Virus record (IMG/VR): IMGVR_UViG_3300030329_005082
Location: 114,631 to 178,630 of that record
Reading direction: 5' to 3' (one strand)
Length of the DNA: 64,000 bases
DNA from: a virus
The translations under genes and the position numbers were made by a program. Below, one piece after another: positions 1 through 11,312 of this stretch (the first letter of the stretch is position 1; each line of letters opens with the position of its first letter). Below the pieces are notes generated by a model. It worked only from the letters and a program-made list of their open reading frames with translations, did not search any database and was not told the origin of the DNA.

Positions 1-3000
1 AGCTGGCTTGCCAAACTGAGATACAAACTTGGCTAAATACCCATCCGAGCCGTATTTGTTTTCTTTCTTGCTCAAGAAAAACTTGGGAACGTTTGCTAGG
101 AAGTTAGAGACAGCCTTCTTGTAAAGAGTGTCGTCTAGTCCCTTGGGAGTAATAGATCCGCTGACATCCAAGTAAAGCAACTGATTCAAATCAGAAAGAA
201 CTGTTGGTTGTTCATATCCCTCTTCTAGTGCAGCGGCGGGATCTAGAATGGTCTCAAAAGGTAGTCTGTCTGCCCAGAAAAACTTATTGACCTCGGCAGA
301 ACTCCACTCCGCATCTTCTCTATTTCTTCGTTTGTTTCCGGGGATTGATCCTGCACCTGTTGTGGCGCTGCTAAGTGATCCGCTTAGGCAACCACGAAGA
401 GTATCATAGTGCAATGCTGCAAGGGGGAAGTATTGATCTGCATTTCTTTCGGCTCGGCGGATTGGATAATCTACAGCAACACCAGATTTGATGGAGTTAT
501 ACATGATACCTGGGGCAAAGAATGGTCGCAATAAGGATCTCCAAGCCGGGGTAGTGCCGGCAGAACTACCAGCATATACAGCGTTTGATGAGTAGGCTGT
601 TCGGAACAAGGCAGCAATATCCAGAGTCCTATCAACAGGATAGAAGCCACTGTAAGGCAAGAGCTTGACAATTGCTTCAGACTCTAGCTCAAAATGTCGG
701 GGATAATCATTGAATATAAAATTACGATCACCTTCGTCAGTAGGCATGAAATCTTCCAAGAACTCAATATCATCGGTTTGAGCAAATCTTTCATAGAAGT
801 TTGGATTGGTTCCGTCAAAATTGCTGGTGTTAGATCCTGTTATTTCAAGACTTGCTGATATGACTGCAAATAACGATCCTTCGTTTTGATATTGTTCTAT
901 GTGCTCGCTGATTCTGAACTCTGGTAAGATTGTGTGGTCTTTGCCGACAAGTCTAATATCTGAAACATAATCTTCATATGAGCCGTAGAATGGATATGTT
1001 GCTGGTGCGAGTTGTCCCCTTCTTGGTCCATCAACATAACGACGGTCGCGACCGGCAGTCCAGGCTGGTCTTGTGTAAGCGGAACCGGGTGAGCGAGGCT
1101 CTGGCAGTTCTCCCGAAAACGCAGTTCCGGCAGCAACACCACCAGCAAACGCCACTTGGGTGCATTGTCCGCCAGAAATTCCTGTACCTGTAATTGCCTG
1201 CCCATTCATTGCCACACCTGCGACATCTGCTACGATCTGCATCACAGCACCAACAGCACCTGGGTCTACTGGTGTTACATCAATCTCTGCATTTGATTTG
1301 CACAAAGAAACAGAAGTATAGATGGCATTTATAACATCGTTTGTAGTACTAACGCCGCTACAACCTATGAAATAAGATGTTGCATTAACTCTCAACCCTG
1401 CATCGCTTGGCAGTTTGGTCTGGTCAAATGTGAATGTCACAGCAGTAGTGGTTGTTGTAATTATGATTGTTTGTCCGTCCAAAATGCTCGCAACTGTCTC
1501 AACGGCTGTAATTGATGCAGTTGCCGGCACGGCTGGAGTTGCGTATGACACAGTTGTGGTTACTGGAATATTGTACACATATTGTGCTGAGTTTATGTTT
1601 GCGGCAGCATAAGAAGCTGTCCCGTCGCGGAAAGAAGCATTGGTCACCTTATCATTAATCGTTCCATAATGGGTCATCATTAGTTCGCCGCAAGGCATTG
1701 TTGCCGCATCGGCAAAAACTACAGGAACAGAAGCTGTCAAAATCGTGACCAAAGATCCTGTAGAGTCAGAATACAAATATGAATCAAGTGGCCACATAGA
1801 CCCAGAACCATTCCCAGAGCCAATTGGAGCCGATGCATCAAGTGAGTTATAAGGCTTTTGTTCTGATGCTTGCACTGTGTACCCTTGGGAGGTTACAAAA
1901 GGTGTCTCAACTCTTGGTAGCTGACGAACGTATGTTAGCTTATTTGCGGCAGAGCGCAAGTCAGCATATGTACTGAAAGATGAAACATCATAACTTGATA
2001 CAGCTATGTCACTCCTCCAGAAATCATTAATAAATGACAACCTAGCTCTGGAGCCGGAGAAATATGTATAAATCTCTTTAGGATAAATTGTCTCAGGATA
2101 TGAGAACACCTTGATAAGATCTGCACCGTTGGCAACTCGTGGTGTTGGTGGTACAAATTGATCTCTTAGTATTTCATAAGGTCTTTTTATTTTCCCGTAA
2201 GAAAACTTAATGCCGCCGTTTATTTGTCTGTTTAGTTCTCTGTTTGCAAAGCCCATCAACTCGTTACCATAACTGTATTTCATGCTTACAGTTATTTTCT
2301 CACCCAATGTTTTTGCTGGTGTCCCGAGCGGGGTTTTGATTTGGTGAATTAAAGGCTTGTATCTAGAAGTGACCGGTGCTTCTCTAAGAGAGACAGAATA
2401 ATAATAATTTGACGTGTTGCCTTTTCTATCCGTCACTTGTCTTGAGGAAGTTGAATTACTAAACGAATTCATAGGCAACCCAGTGCCCTGTTCTACTGTT
2501 TCTTGAACTTGTGGCAGAACATTGTAAGTGTTTTTCTGAGTATAGAACTTCGCATAAGGGTCTGTTCCATTGCTAATCTGCTTCCATGGTACAAAATCGC
2601 GATTCTTAGACCACTTAAACTTCTTTGTATAAGCTAAATCAAAAATCAGGGCAGAGTCCCAACTAGAAACAGCATTGAGGCTCTGAGTCACAAATGAAAT
2701 ATTTTCTGGATAACGAGACCGTAGAGCAACATATTGTCCATATATAGCAGAATTGTCCGAACCAGAAATATAAGAAGTCCATTGAGATCTGTCAGCAGCA
2801 GGCAACGCTCTTGTTACATAACCATTATCAAACGTACTGCCAGTAATAACAGTAGTCGTTGGGAACGTAGTGCCAATCATCAACTGATTCACACGGTTCA
2901 TTGGTGTTTTATGTATAGAGGGTATTACTGAACTTCCTGTTTCAAACCCTCCAAACGTTGAGTGCTTCTTAAGGTTTTCATTATGTGGCAGTCTTACTGC

Positions 3001-6000
3001 CATATTTCTGAAGGGCAGTGCATTGTTGGGAGAGAACTGATCAGAGTTCACATCCCTAAATTGTTGTTTAGAGTCTTGCTTGGAGCCGGGTGCAGCAAAT
3101 CGGTCAGTGAAGATTGTTTCATTTATTCTTCGTGAAGGTATCTGCCGTGGTGCAGGATAGTCTGCTGAGCCCGTTAGTCCAAGGGCTCTTCGGGCTGGTG
3201 TTGTTAGGAATGCTGTCGGCGCACTATAAGCATAATGACTGTTGTTGAAAACAAAGTCCATATTTGTGTCTGCGCGGTTGTTCCCTTGAACAACTTCATA
3301 ATATTTTGAATAGTTTCCGACTTTTCTGACGCCATCAGTTACTTGATGGTCAGAGATGACTGTTTTGATGTTTGCAATATTCAAAGGCGACTTGGAAGCC
3401 AAACCTCTTAGGTATTGACCTTTGGGCTTGTTTTCTATCGTCAAGGTTGTTATAGAGCCAGTCCCGCTAGCAATCTCTAAGCTGTATTCTTCGGCGCGAT
3501 CTACTGTTCTAAATGGTGCGTTATGACGTGCTTGAATACCACCAACCCACCTTTCAGCGAATGGACCCTGCATGGGAACACTTTGACGATAAGGAAGAAC
3601 ACTGTCTTCGTGGATATTGGTTAGTGATATGCCAGTAAGTCCGGAACTGTTGAGTCCAGCATTATATCCTGATACGATACTAGAACTTACCGCCGTAAAC
3701 GGAGTAATCTGACTACCCTTGTAGAGATTGCCGTCTTTGGTTGCTCGGAAAGCTACTTTTTTCTTTTCATTCGGAACATCTTCATCTGTACAATCTGGAA
3801 ATGCTTCAAATCTGTCAAAAGTTAAATCACGGAATCGGCGCTTCTTGTTGAGGTACTGATTGATACCGCCATAATAAGGAGGTATTAGTTTGGCGGAAAT
3901 ACAAACAATAGAGTTTGCACCCCTTTGAGTGGCTTTCTGATCTGTAGCAACAGTATGAGGAGGTCCAATTTCTCTGGACCATGCGTTTAAAACAGCATTT
4001 CTGGTTGCTAATATTCCATCAGAATCCGCAACAAGTGGTGGTACGTCTCTCTCGGCTCTTGTCTGCCACCAAACACAATTTTCATTTTGATTGCCGCTTA
4101 CTGGGTGGTGATTTTTTGCCCAACCGGGAATATCCAAACATATTGTGCCTCTTGGTGCGCCGAGGAGCCCGCCAGGTCCACCAGGGTGTCGGTCTCTTAG
4201 TATTGAGATCTTGTGTTGAATTTTCGGACGCTCAAGAACGTGGTTCTCAACAATTTTACGAACATCAGATGCGTGGCGAGCAGATTCAGGGAAAAACTCT
4301 TCAATCACCTGACTCATTGAAGTGTCTAGCCACTTGAAATAATCAATGTATTTTTCTAAGTCAGGAATATCGTTTCTTACCTTGCGGAAGAATATCTCTC
4401 TAACTTTTTCCATTCGCTTATAATTTAAACGATACTTGTTTACTGGTTCACCAATGAGGTTGTTAAAGTCTTCAATGCTAGCAAACAATTCAAGCATCCT
4501 GTTGGAGATGCTGCGATACATGGATCGTTCTACAGCAAAATAGAATGTCTCAGGTCTCGTATAAATTCCGAAAGTCTGCTCATCAGAATTGAGAGCTTGA
4601 ACCATCTCTTCGCCGCCAACATATTCAGGCACCTGAAGTTTACTGGTATGGATATAAGCTTTTCGGACTGGTGTTGAACTAGCCGCAAAGAAATCACCAC
4701 GTCCAGAATGTTGTCGTAAGTTAATATTACTGAACATTGCTTTCTGGTATTGACTTGGGTAATCCGCTGCGACGGAACCAGAAGAGAAATCTTGAACAAC
4801 AAAGCGACCAGAGGCGTCGCTTCCTGTAATATTTCCGAAGTCCCAGTTTAGGGCAAGTGTTTGAATGCGGGGTATATAAACATTTGGATTCTGAGCTTGG
4901 AAAGAATAAGCATTTCTATATGGACGGAGGCGTCCGTGAGTATCTGCTTCCTTAGCTTGAAGGTCTAGCGTTCCAGATGGGAAATAATCTGTCCAAAATC
5001 TAACACTAGAGGCACGGACATCTGTTTTTTCTAACGTGCTGCCTGTAAAGTTTGTCCTGTGAGCACCAACATAAATTCTCTTATTTGACTCTATGATTGG
5101 TGCAGCATCATTATAAGTCATAGATGCGCTGGCTAGGAAGCTATTTCTTTTAACTCCTGTATCATAATTTACACCGTAAAGTTCCAGGGTGTAGCCGTCT
5201 GTTGATACTGATGCGCCATTGATTGCATCTGTAAAAGGATATTTTGTAGGGCGTAGAGATAAAGTAAAGTTCCACTTTTGATTATCATATACGTCATTGA
5301 ATATAGAACTTGATAAAAGTGTCGTGCCGGCCCGATTCTTGACAACAAAATAAGCATCTCTGACCCGGTAATTTGGTGAATAAACTTTAGGATATTCCCC
5401 TGGAGACCTGATTGCATATACTTGAAGTCCGTGGTCATTCCCCGCAGTCTGCCATGTCATATCCGTGGAGGTTTGATCTGTATCAAAAGGCGTGTGGAAA
5501 CCCATCAAAGAAGAAGTCAAAACCCTTGGCATTTCGTAAGGCAACAATTCGGGATTATCTTTGTCTGGAAAAACTATTTCACTCTGTAAAGAAAAGGCAA
5601 ATTCTTCAAGGTTCAATGACCCTGTTACAAACCCTTTAGAATTAGTATTAGAAGCGTCGGGATACTGATAAACACTCGCCTTTACATCCCCCTGGTTTAA
5701 AAGTCCCGTAAAGTCTGCGAACTTTTTAGTACTCATCGTAGAGATATAATTGCTCTTAACTTCAAAGTCTGAATTATCAGGATACGTGTTGAGAGCTATG
5801 ACTTCTTCACCCACACCCAAACAACGAATGAAGTTTCTAATTGATTTTTCAGTACCCTTAGACTTTAGAATAAAACTAAGGTTGTTGTAGATGTTTTTAT
5901 AAATTGAATTTTTAACTTCTATGAGTCTCTGTTCAAAATTTATCTGCTCATCTCTTTGTAAGAATTGTTGTAAAGTGCCGGCATTTTGGAAGAATTCGGG

Positions 6001-7575
6001 CATTTCCAAACCCATTGATTCTACTAGGCGGTCATTATAAGGATACTCATTGATTGAGCCAGTGGCGCTGCCACTAATATATTTTACATGACGAAGCTCT
6101 TTAAGTGCGGTCAATTGATTATAAAGAGTGTCAAAATAGCTGGAAAGTATTTGTGTGACACTTACAATCTCATTTTCACCGTTTTCTTCCTCTTCAATTA
6201 TCCAATTAGGAAGATGATTCAACAAGCGAGAGTTGTTATTATAATCATAATTGCTGCCGGTTAAAACATATGCAGCCTTCGTGTCTACATAAAGCGGGTT
6301 GGAAGTTCTGATGATCGGGTCACCAACTTCTCTTACCGATTCTAATTCAAGTGAATCAACTGCTGAGGCTGTGTTTCTGCTGTGAGTTGTATTATATCCT
6401 GTAAAGGCACCATTAGATAAACGACCGGAATAATCCAAACATATACTGTCAATGCTCGCGGTCTGAGTAATGCCTTCGTTGAATTTTAGATAAACACCCA
6501 ATCCAACATTTGCGTCATATTTGTCTGTACCACCGCCAACGCTATCAAACCAATATCTTCCTATCTGTTCATCGTTGCGATTAGTCTTCCAAAATCTAAA
6601 TTCGTCAACAGACGCTGATAACTTTCCGTACCCCTGGGCGGCACCTGGCAGTCCTGATATGTCTGTTCTAAGAGCACCAATGTTACCAATCATTGAACCA
6701 GTGACTAAACCAATTTCCGCAGACACAGCAGGCGGAATAGCTGTTTGAACACAGGCACCATTTACAAAAAAGTCAATTGTAGGACTGGACCCAGAAGTAT
6801 TAAATACAAATGAGAAGTTTCGGAAAACTCCGTCTGAAATACTTATACCACCTGTTGTCGGGACTGGAATTCCATCAAAACCGTGGGAACCGGATTTCAT
6901 TGTTACATAAAATCTATCCTCTGTCCCTTGTCTTAGTTCAATTCTCAATCTGCCGTATTGAGCAGATGTGGTTGCAGCACCATTCCAAAGGTCAAAAATA
7001 ACTTGACGCTCTGATGATGTTGAGGCATCAATTTCCGAGTTCTTCTTTAGGAAGAATTCAACTGAACTACCGCTTGGACCGCCGAATTCTAGATTGGAAG
7101 TTCTGTTTTTAGATTCTTTATAAATGGATCCTGAATGGGGTCCGCCTTTGATTTGGATATATTCTGCTGAGGATGAGTAATATCCAGAAGCGTGTGAGCT
7201 TATGGCTCCATAATCTGCGCCAATAGTGACATATCCTGTAGAAGTTGGATATACATCTTCAAGGATATATTTCTCTAAAGGGTTGATTTTATTATAAAAG
7301 CCGACTCTTTCTAATATTGATCCATCGTATGGGTAATAGTTCGCAATATAATTGAAAGCGTTGCTATAATATTGCTCAGCCGAACCAAACCTAACAAAAC
7401 TTTCTGGCTTTGAATAATCAACAGGGGGAAGAAAATATTTCTGTTTTTGTATAGAAGCAGACAGGTGAGCTTCGGACTCTATTCCGTCACCTAAAGTATC
7501 AGGCGCACTAAGTTTCAGGAATTTTCCGACAGTAACAATTTGTAGGTTATTGTCAAATAGTTTTTTTACACTCAT
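1..7575 (-). CDS. Giant virion baseplate/tail protein (>2525 aa, runs off the left edge), LamG-like domains, gp7-like
   Basis: ATG at 7575 overlaps the upstream stop (MSVKKLFDNNLQIVTVGKF...). Frame checked at several points down to nt 1 (...KKAVSNFLANVPKFFLSKKENKYGSDGYLAKFVSQFGKPA). Absence from the ORF track is consistent with no in-window stop. Contains DEFRFWKTNR (LamG-like) and LKSKGTEKSIRNFIRCLG (baseplate gp7/P2-I-like KGT motif). Confidence 0.8.
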   Translation of the reverse strand, partial: MSVKKLFDNNLQIVTVGKFLKLSAPDTLGDGIESEAHLSASIQKQKYFLPPVDYSKPESFVRFGSAEQYYSNAFNYIANYYPYDGSILERVGFYNKINPLEKYILEDVYPTSTGYVTIGADYGAISSHASGYYSSSAEYIQIKGGPHSGSIYKESKNRTSNLEFGGPSGSSVEFFLKKNSEIDASTSSERQVIFDLWNGAATTSAQYGRLRIELRQGTEDRFYVTMKSGSHGFDGIPVPTTGGISISDGVFRNFSFVFNTSGSSPTIDFFVNGACVQTAIPPAVSAEIGLVTGSMIGNIGALRTDISGLPGAAQGYGKLSASVDEFRFWKTNRNDEQIGRYWFDSVGGGTDKYDANVGLGVYLKFNEGITQTASIDSICLDYSGRLSNGAFTGYNTTHSRNTASAVDSLELESVREVGDPIIRTSNPLYVDTKAAYVLTGSNYDYNNNSRLLNHLPNWIIEEEENGENEIVSVTQILSSYFDTLYNQLTALKELRHVKYISGSATGSINEYPYNDRLVESMGLEMPEFFQNAGTLQQFLQRDEQINFEQRLIEVKNSIYKNIYNNLSFILKSKGTEKSIRNFIRCLGVGEEVIALNTYPDNSDFEVKSNYISTMSTKKFADFTGLLNQGDVKASVYQYPDASNTNSKGFVTGSLNLEEFAFSLQSEIVFPDKDNPELLPYEMPRVLTSSLMGFHTPFDTDQTSTDMTWQTAGNDHGLQVYAIRSPGEYPKVYSPNYRVRDAYFVVKNRAGTTLLSSSIFNDVYDNQKWNFTLSLRPTKYPFTDAINGASVSTDGYTLELYGVNYDTGVKRNSFLASASMTYNDAAPIIESNKRIYVGAHRTNFTGSTLEKTDVRASSVRFWTDYFPSGTLDLQAKEADTHGRLRPYRNAYSFQAQNPNVYIPRIQTLALNWDFGNITGSDASGRFVVQDFSSGSVAADYPSQYQKAMFSNINLRQHSGRGDFFAASSTPVRKAYIHTSKLQVPEYVGGEEMVQALNSDEQTFGIYTRPETFYFAVERSMYRSISNRMLELFASIEDFNNLIGEPVNKYRLNYKRMEKVREIFFRKVRNDIPDLEKYIDYFKWLDTSMSQVIEEFFPESARHASDVRKIVENHVLERPKIQHKISILRDRHPGGPGGLLGAPRGTICLDIPGWAKNHHPVSGNQNENCVWWQTRAERDVPPLVADSDGILATRNAVLNAWSREIGPPHTVATDQKATQRGANSIVCISAKLIPPYYGGINQYLNKKRRFRDLTFDRFEAFPDCTDEDVPNEKKKVAFRATKDGNLYKGSQITPFTAVSSSIVSGYNAGLNSSGLTGISLTNIHEDSVLPYRQSVPMQGPFAERWVGGIQARHNAPFRTVDRAEEYSLEIASGTGSITTLTIENKPKGQYLRGLASKSPLNIANIKTVISDHQVTDGVRKVGNYSKYYEVVQGNNRADTNMDFVFNNSHYAYSAPTAFLTTPARRALGLTGSADYPAPRQIPSRRINETIFTDRFAAPGSKQDSKQQFRDVNSDQFSPNNALPFRNMAVRLPHNENLKKHSTFGGFETGSSVIPSIHKTPMNRVNQLMIGTTFPTTTVITGSTFDNGYVTRALPAADRSQWTSYISGSDNSAIYGQYVALRSRYPENISFVTQSLNAVSSWDSALIFDLAYTKKFKWSKNRDFVPWKQISNGTDPYAKFYTQKNTYNVLPQVQETVEQGTGLPMNSFSNSTSSRQVTDRKGNTSNYYYSVSLREAPVTSRYKPLIHQIKTPLGTPAKTLGEKITVSMKYSYGNELMGFANRELNRQINGGIKFSYGKIKRPYEILRDQFVPPTPRVANGADLIKVFSYPETIYPKEIYTYFSGSRARLSFINDFWRSDIAVSSYDVSSFSTYADLRSAANKLTYVRQLPRVETPFVTSQGYTVQASEQKPYNSLDASAPIGSGNGSGSMWPLDSYLYSDSTGSLVTILTASVPVVFADAATMPCGELMMTHYGTINDKVTNASFRDGTASYAAANINSAQYVYNIPVTTTVSYATPAVPATASITAVETVASILDGQTIIITTTTTAVTFTFDQTKLPSDAGLRVNATSYFIGCSGVSTTNDVINAIYTSVSLCKSNAEIDVTPVDPGAVGAVMQIVADVAGVAMNGQAITGTGISGGQCTQVAFAGGVAAGTAFSGELPEPRSPGSAYTRPAWTAGRDRRYVDGPRRGQLAPATYPFYGSYEDYVSDIRLVGKDHTILPEFRISEHIEQYQNEGSLFAVISASLEITGSNTSNFDGTNPNFYERFAQTDDIEFLEDFMPTDEGDRNFIFNDYPRHFELESEAIVKLLPYSGFYPVDRTLDIAALFRTAYSSNAVYAGSSAGTTPAWRSLLRPFFAPGIMYNSIKSGVAVDYPIRRAERNADQYFPLAALHYDTLRGCLSGSLSSATTGAGSIPGNKRRNREDAEWSSAEVNKFFWADRLPFETILDPAAALEEGYEQPTVLSDLNQLLYLDVSGSITPKGLDDTLYKKAVSNFLANVPKFFLSKKENKYGSDGYLAKFVSQFGKPA

Positions 7576-9089
7576 TTATCTTCTTCTTTAATTTTGAATT
7601 TGAACACCTCTGGTTGTTCAACATACTCACCTTGTAAATAGTAAGCAAATGTAATTCCATATGCATAGCCTGGTTCAAGGTAGGAAGTATCTAATTCAAA
7701 ATAATTACCGCTCACGTCGTATGAGAGACGACTGAAGTAGTTGTTAGCACTTCCTGTACCAAATGGGATGACCTCTAGATCATCAACAACTCTATGAATG
7801 CGGTAATAAGAATCTTCTATAATATCTGGGAGTGTTTCCGCTGTTGCTACTGTATAAATGTTGGGATTCCAGTTTTTCTTTCTGGCAAATACGCGAAGGT
7901 TTGGAGTTTGTCCTTGTGTGTAAGAATCTTCTAAATTGGTTATAGAAGTGATGTACTCTTCACGATACAACCCATCAATAGTTCCAAATGTTTTAGGTTC
8001 ATAAGATGCTGTATAAAAATCTACTCTAGAGCCGCCAGACCCTGTATGCCAGACATCAAATACTGTGTCAAGCGCACTGGTGCTAGCAAAAGAGGCCGTA
8101 TAAACACCAGTTATTGTTGCTCCATTTTCCCTTAAGATTCCGGCAGTGACACTGGTGTCGGCGGTGCCTCCCGGCTTTACAAGACTCAGAGCACCTCCAG
8201 ATGGAGCCGCACTGCCAGAATAAATATCTACGGTCAGCGTTTCATTAGATAGCCCAGGAATATTCTGAAGCTGTCCTCTTACTATATTATACAAATACAG
8301 CGTGTTTAGATTATTGTCTGCACTTGCAACGCTGCTGCTAACAAAGAAGCTGCCGCGATGGTCTTTTCTTGTAGAATCCCAGCGGGCTTCAAGAGTTGGA
8401 CGGTAGTGGAAGAATTCACTGGTTCTAGAGAAGAACTTTTTAGTATACATTGTTTCTGAGCCGGACACCACTGAATCTGGAAATTTTACAAGAAATCCAT
8501 AATTTGCCTCTCCGCCAACAGCGTCCAACCACTTATAAACCTGATCGGAAACATCAAGAGACATATTCTCTAATCCTGTTTCAAATGTAAAAGTCTTCTT
8601 GGTTTCGGCGGGGGCTAAATATGTTCCACCTGCCTGGGTCCAAGTTGTTCCTGCGGCAGAAGATAACCAACTGGAGGCTCCAAGATCTGTGTAATTTTCC
8701 ATATCTAAGCCACGACCCTCTGTCCAAGTTTCTGAAAGCATATAAACATCCAAAGAGAAATCTCTAGGCGCTGTATTGCCATGAGGGGCATTATAAAGGT
8801 TTAGATAAAATTTGATACTTCCTGTATCCGCCGGCAAGACGCCACTTGCCATATCTGAAGTGATTGTAGATATTGGGAACTGAATAATGAACCTACACTG
8901 CTCAGCGCCCGAAGCATTGGCTGCGGAAGGACTTGTTGTCACAGATGCAGTAGTTTGCCCATGGATTACAAATGCCTCAAGAATATCGGCACCGCCCATA
9001 TTTGATTCTTCGCCACGGGTAATCAAATTGCTTTTGTAAGCATTCGTGATTGTATTATCTTTGGCGGCGTAATATTTTTTGATAGCCAT
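7572..9089 (-). CDS. Virion structural protein with DNRLRE-like N-terminal domain
   Basis: 505-aa ORF; KDNTITNAY..SNMGG.DILE, RFIIQF, SETWTEGRGLD pattern; lies inside the baseplate module. Confidence 0.6.
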   Translation of the reverse strand: MAIKKYYAAKDNTITNAYKSNLITRGEESNMGGADILEAFVIHGQTTASVTTSPSAANASGAEQCRFIIQFPISTITSDMASGVLPADTGSIKFYLNLYNAPHGNTAPRDFSLDVYMLSETWTEGRGLDMENYTDLGASSWLSSAAGTTWTQAGGTYLAPAETKKTFTFETGLENMSLDVSDQVYKWLDAVGGEANYGFLVKFPDSVVSGSETMYTKKFFSRTSEFFHYRPTLEARWDSTRKDHRGSFFVSSSVASADNNLNTLYLYNIVRGQLQNIPGLSNETLTVDIYSGSAAPSGGALSLVKPGGTADTSVTAGILRENGATITGVYTASFASTSALDTVFDVWHTGSGGSRVDFYTASYEPKTFGTIDGLYREEYITSITNLEDSYTQGQTPNLRVFARKKNWNPNIYTVATAETLPDIIEDSYYRIHRVVDDLEVIPFGTGSANNYFSRLSYDVSGNYFELDTSYLEPGYAYGITFAYYLQGEYVEQPEVFKFKIKEEDK

Positions 9090-9090
9090 T

Positions 9091-10884
9091 TTAGATCACT
9101 GCTCCTATAATGTCTCTATTTGGCAGTAATACTTCAGCAGCAGCATCTTCTGGGAGTACTAAGAATCTACCATCGTCAGAAAGATTAGAGTCAATATCAA
9201 ATCTATAATTACTATAAACTCCGCCGACATTATTTACAAGCTCTACTTCGGTTGTGTCTACAACCCCAGGAACCTCGTTCAATAGTTTATAAATCTGGGA
9301 AATGTAAATTGCCTCTCCGATGTTAAATTTGATATTGATATATTCGTCTTTTAGTTTTTGTATGCACGCATCAAGCAATTCATAACGATTGACATCTAAT
9401 GCTGGCAAGACTTTGAACTTGATGCCAATATTGATTACTTTGCCGCTCAATACATCAACAGTATCGTTGATCATTCTGTATTTGTTCAGCCAAACTCTTG
9501 TGTTTTCTTTAAGATTTGTATTTGGTTCAATCAAATCGCCGTTAGCATTTTCTGATAGAAGATAAACATTGAGATTTCTCTTTAGGGAATTTACATCACG
9601 AACAACATTGGCTCGCTTAACTTTACCAAACTTTGAAGGCATACGATAAATCAGATTGATATAATCTACGCGAGTTACCGCTCGGTTCTGGGATGCGAAG
9701 GTTCCGAAAGCTCTTTCTCTGATTTCTTCCGCCGTCAAAATACTCGTATCCCCTAATATTGGATTCTCATTTTCTACTTCTATAGAGGTGACAACTCCAT
9801 TAAGTGAATTGAGATCCAACGTTCCCTCGTTTCTAAAAGAAAAACGAGGAGAGATCACTTCACTCAAACCATTGACGGCAACGTTAATTTCGTCCGATGT
9901 GTTTGCGGCGTACTCAATTGTTAGAGTAGTGTCTGTTGGAACAACACCAAACTTATCTGTTTGAATTAAATTTGTAGGGTCAAATGTTTGATCTGTTATA
10001 TGGGTGCGACCATTCACATCCAAAACAACATCGGCTGGATCTGCTACGACATCTGTTGTGATATTGTCTTGGGAACCATACCCAAATTGAATATAAGTGT
10101 CTCCATTTGCTTCAAATTGTGTCACAAACCTACGAGGAACAGGCTTAAGTTTCATAATATAAGGAACAACTTCTCGGTCTGAGGATGTGTTCTGAAATTC
10201 TTTTATAATGACATCCTGTGTGAGGAAATCAACTTCATAATATTCATTCCCTTGACTGTCTTTTACGGAGATAACCTCGCTAATATTTCCCTGATCAATG
10301 TTAATTCTTAGGAATCTCTCATAATCTGTCACTGTTGTTATCTGTTCATACACTTGCCCAGAAACTACTTGTCCAAAAGCCTTAACGGCAAAAAAGGTTG
10401 GATTACCAGTAGAGTCATCAACACGAGCAACAGTTACCTCATTATTAGGATTAGTAAAATCAACATTTTCTGTCAAAGTAAAAGCAGACCCGTTCTTTGA
10501 GGAAATAAGACTACCTCTTTGTAATATTGGAAAATAATCTAAATCAGGTCCACGAGAATTGGGATCAGCAGGGACAATAATATAAAAAGATGCAAGTCCT
10601 GTAGATTTGGCAGCGCCGGGAGTTTTGTACCCTAACGTGTTTGAGAGACGGTTAACATTTTCATAAGTGATGGCGCTATCCAGAAAACTTTCGTTTGCCT
10701 GAAAGTCTGCATAGAAAGACAACTGGTCGCCAACATAGGCTACCATATCCATCATCAATGCACCAAAAGAAGCTTCACTGAAATCCTTAAAGGTCGTGGG
10801 ATAGTACCTTTCAGCATAGTTTACCAAGTCTTGCTTGATACTTTCAAAATCTCTGCTGGTGTAGTTTATCGGTCTTTTTGCCAT
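9091..10884 (-). CDS. Baseplate wedge protein (T4 gp6 / baseplate J-like)
   Basis: INYTSRDFESIKQDL..Y..F.DF.EAS.G..MMD.VAYVGDQLSFY..FQANE.FL..A N-terminus; FASQNRAVTRVDY. Confidence 0.9.
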   Translation of the reverse strand: MAKRPINYTSRDFESIKQDLVNYAERYYPTTFKDFSEASFGALMMDMVAYVGDQLSFYADFQANESFLDSAITYENVNRLSNTLGYKTPGAAKSTGLASFYIIVPADPNSRGPDLDYFPILQRGSLISSKNGSAFTLTENVDFTNPNNEVTVARVDDSTGNPTFFAVKAFGQVVSGQVYEQITTVTDYERFLRINIDQGNISEVISVKDSQGNEYYEVDFLTQDVIIKEFQNTSSDREVVPYIMKLKPVPRRFVTQFEANGDTYIQFGYGSQDNITTDVVADPADVVLDVNGRTHITDQTFDPTNLIQTDKFGVVPTDTTLTIEYAANTSDEINVAVNGLSEVISPRFSFRNEGTLDLNSLNGVVTSIEVENENPILGDTSILTAEEIRERAFGTFASQNRAVTRVDYINLIYRMPSKFGKVKRANVVRDVNSLKRNLNVYLLSENANGDLIEPNTNLKENTRVWLNKYRMINDTVDVLSGKVINIGIKFKVLPALDVNRYELLDACIQKLKDEYINIKFNIGEAIYISQIYKLLNEVPGVVDTTEVELVNNVGGVYSNYRFDIDSNLSDDGRFLVLPEDAAAEVLLPNRDIIGAVI

Positions 10885-10907
10885 AATGTTTGTACTCGCC
10901 TCGTCTT

Positions 10908-11312
10908 TTAACTAGTCATTGTTGATGTTATTATTAGCTGATCTTCCTCATCATATGGTAAGATATTATATGTAATGACAACCCTAACCTCATTAAAACC
11001 CATAGTGGGGTCCTCATCTGATGTTGTAAAGTTGACAGAAACAAGGTTTACCGCTGGAGCATACATGTCTGCTTGTTCTGCCACTCTGGAGGCTATCTCC
11101 TCAAATGTAGATGGTCCAACATTCTCAAATAAAAGGTTATAAATACCTACACCAAAATTAGGAATCATGACTCTTTCGCCAGGTGATGTGAGAACAATGT
11201 TTTTAAAGTTCTGCTTAATCACCTCTTTGAGGGTCTTATTTAGACGATATGGCCCATCCGTCTTGTCGTAAACTAGAGGGACTTTTGGTGATATTCCTTG
11301 TCTCTTTGTCAT
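10908..11312 (-). CDS. GPW/gp25 family baseplate protein
   Basis: KQNFKNIVLTSPGERVMIPNFGVGIYNLLFE, the gp25-family signature; 134 aa. Confidence 0.9.
   Translation of the reverse strand: MTKRQGISPKVPLVYDKTDGPYRLNKTLKEVIKQNFKNIVLTSPGERVMIPNFGVGIYNLLFENVGPSTFEEIASRVAEQADMYAPAVNLVSVNFTTSDEDPTMGFNEVRVVITYNILPYDEEDQLIITSTMTS

Noticed and set aside
471-7001. Many short ORFs listed in the first 7 kb
   Set aside because: They are shadows on other frames or the opposite strand of the single >2525-aa minus-strand gene.
9091-11312. gp6/gp25 as a bacterial contractile injection system or T6SS
   Set aside because: Context (phage sigma, PhoH, tRNAs, tmRNA, dense small early genes, no housekeeping operons) fits a phage genome.
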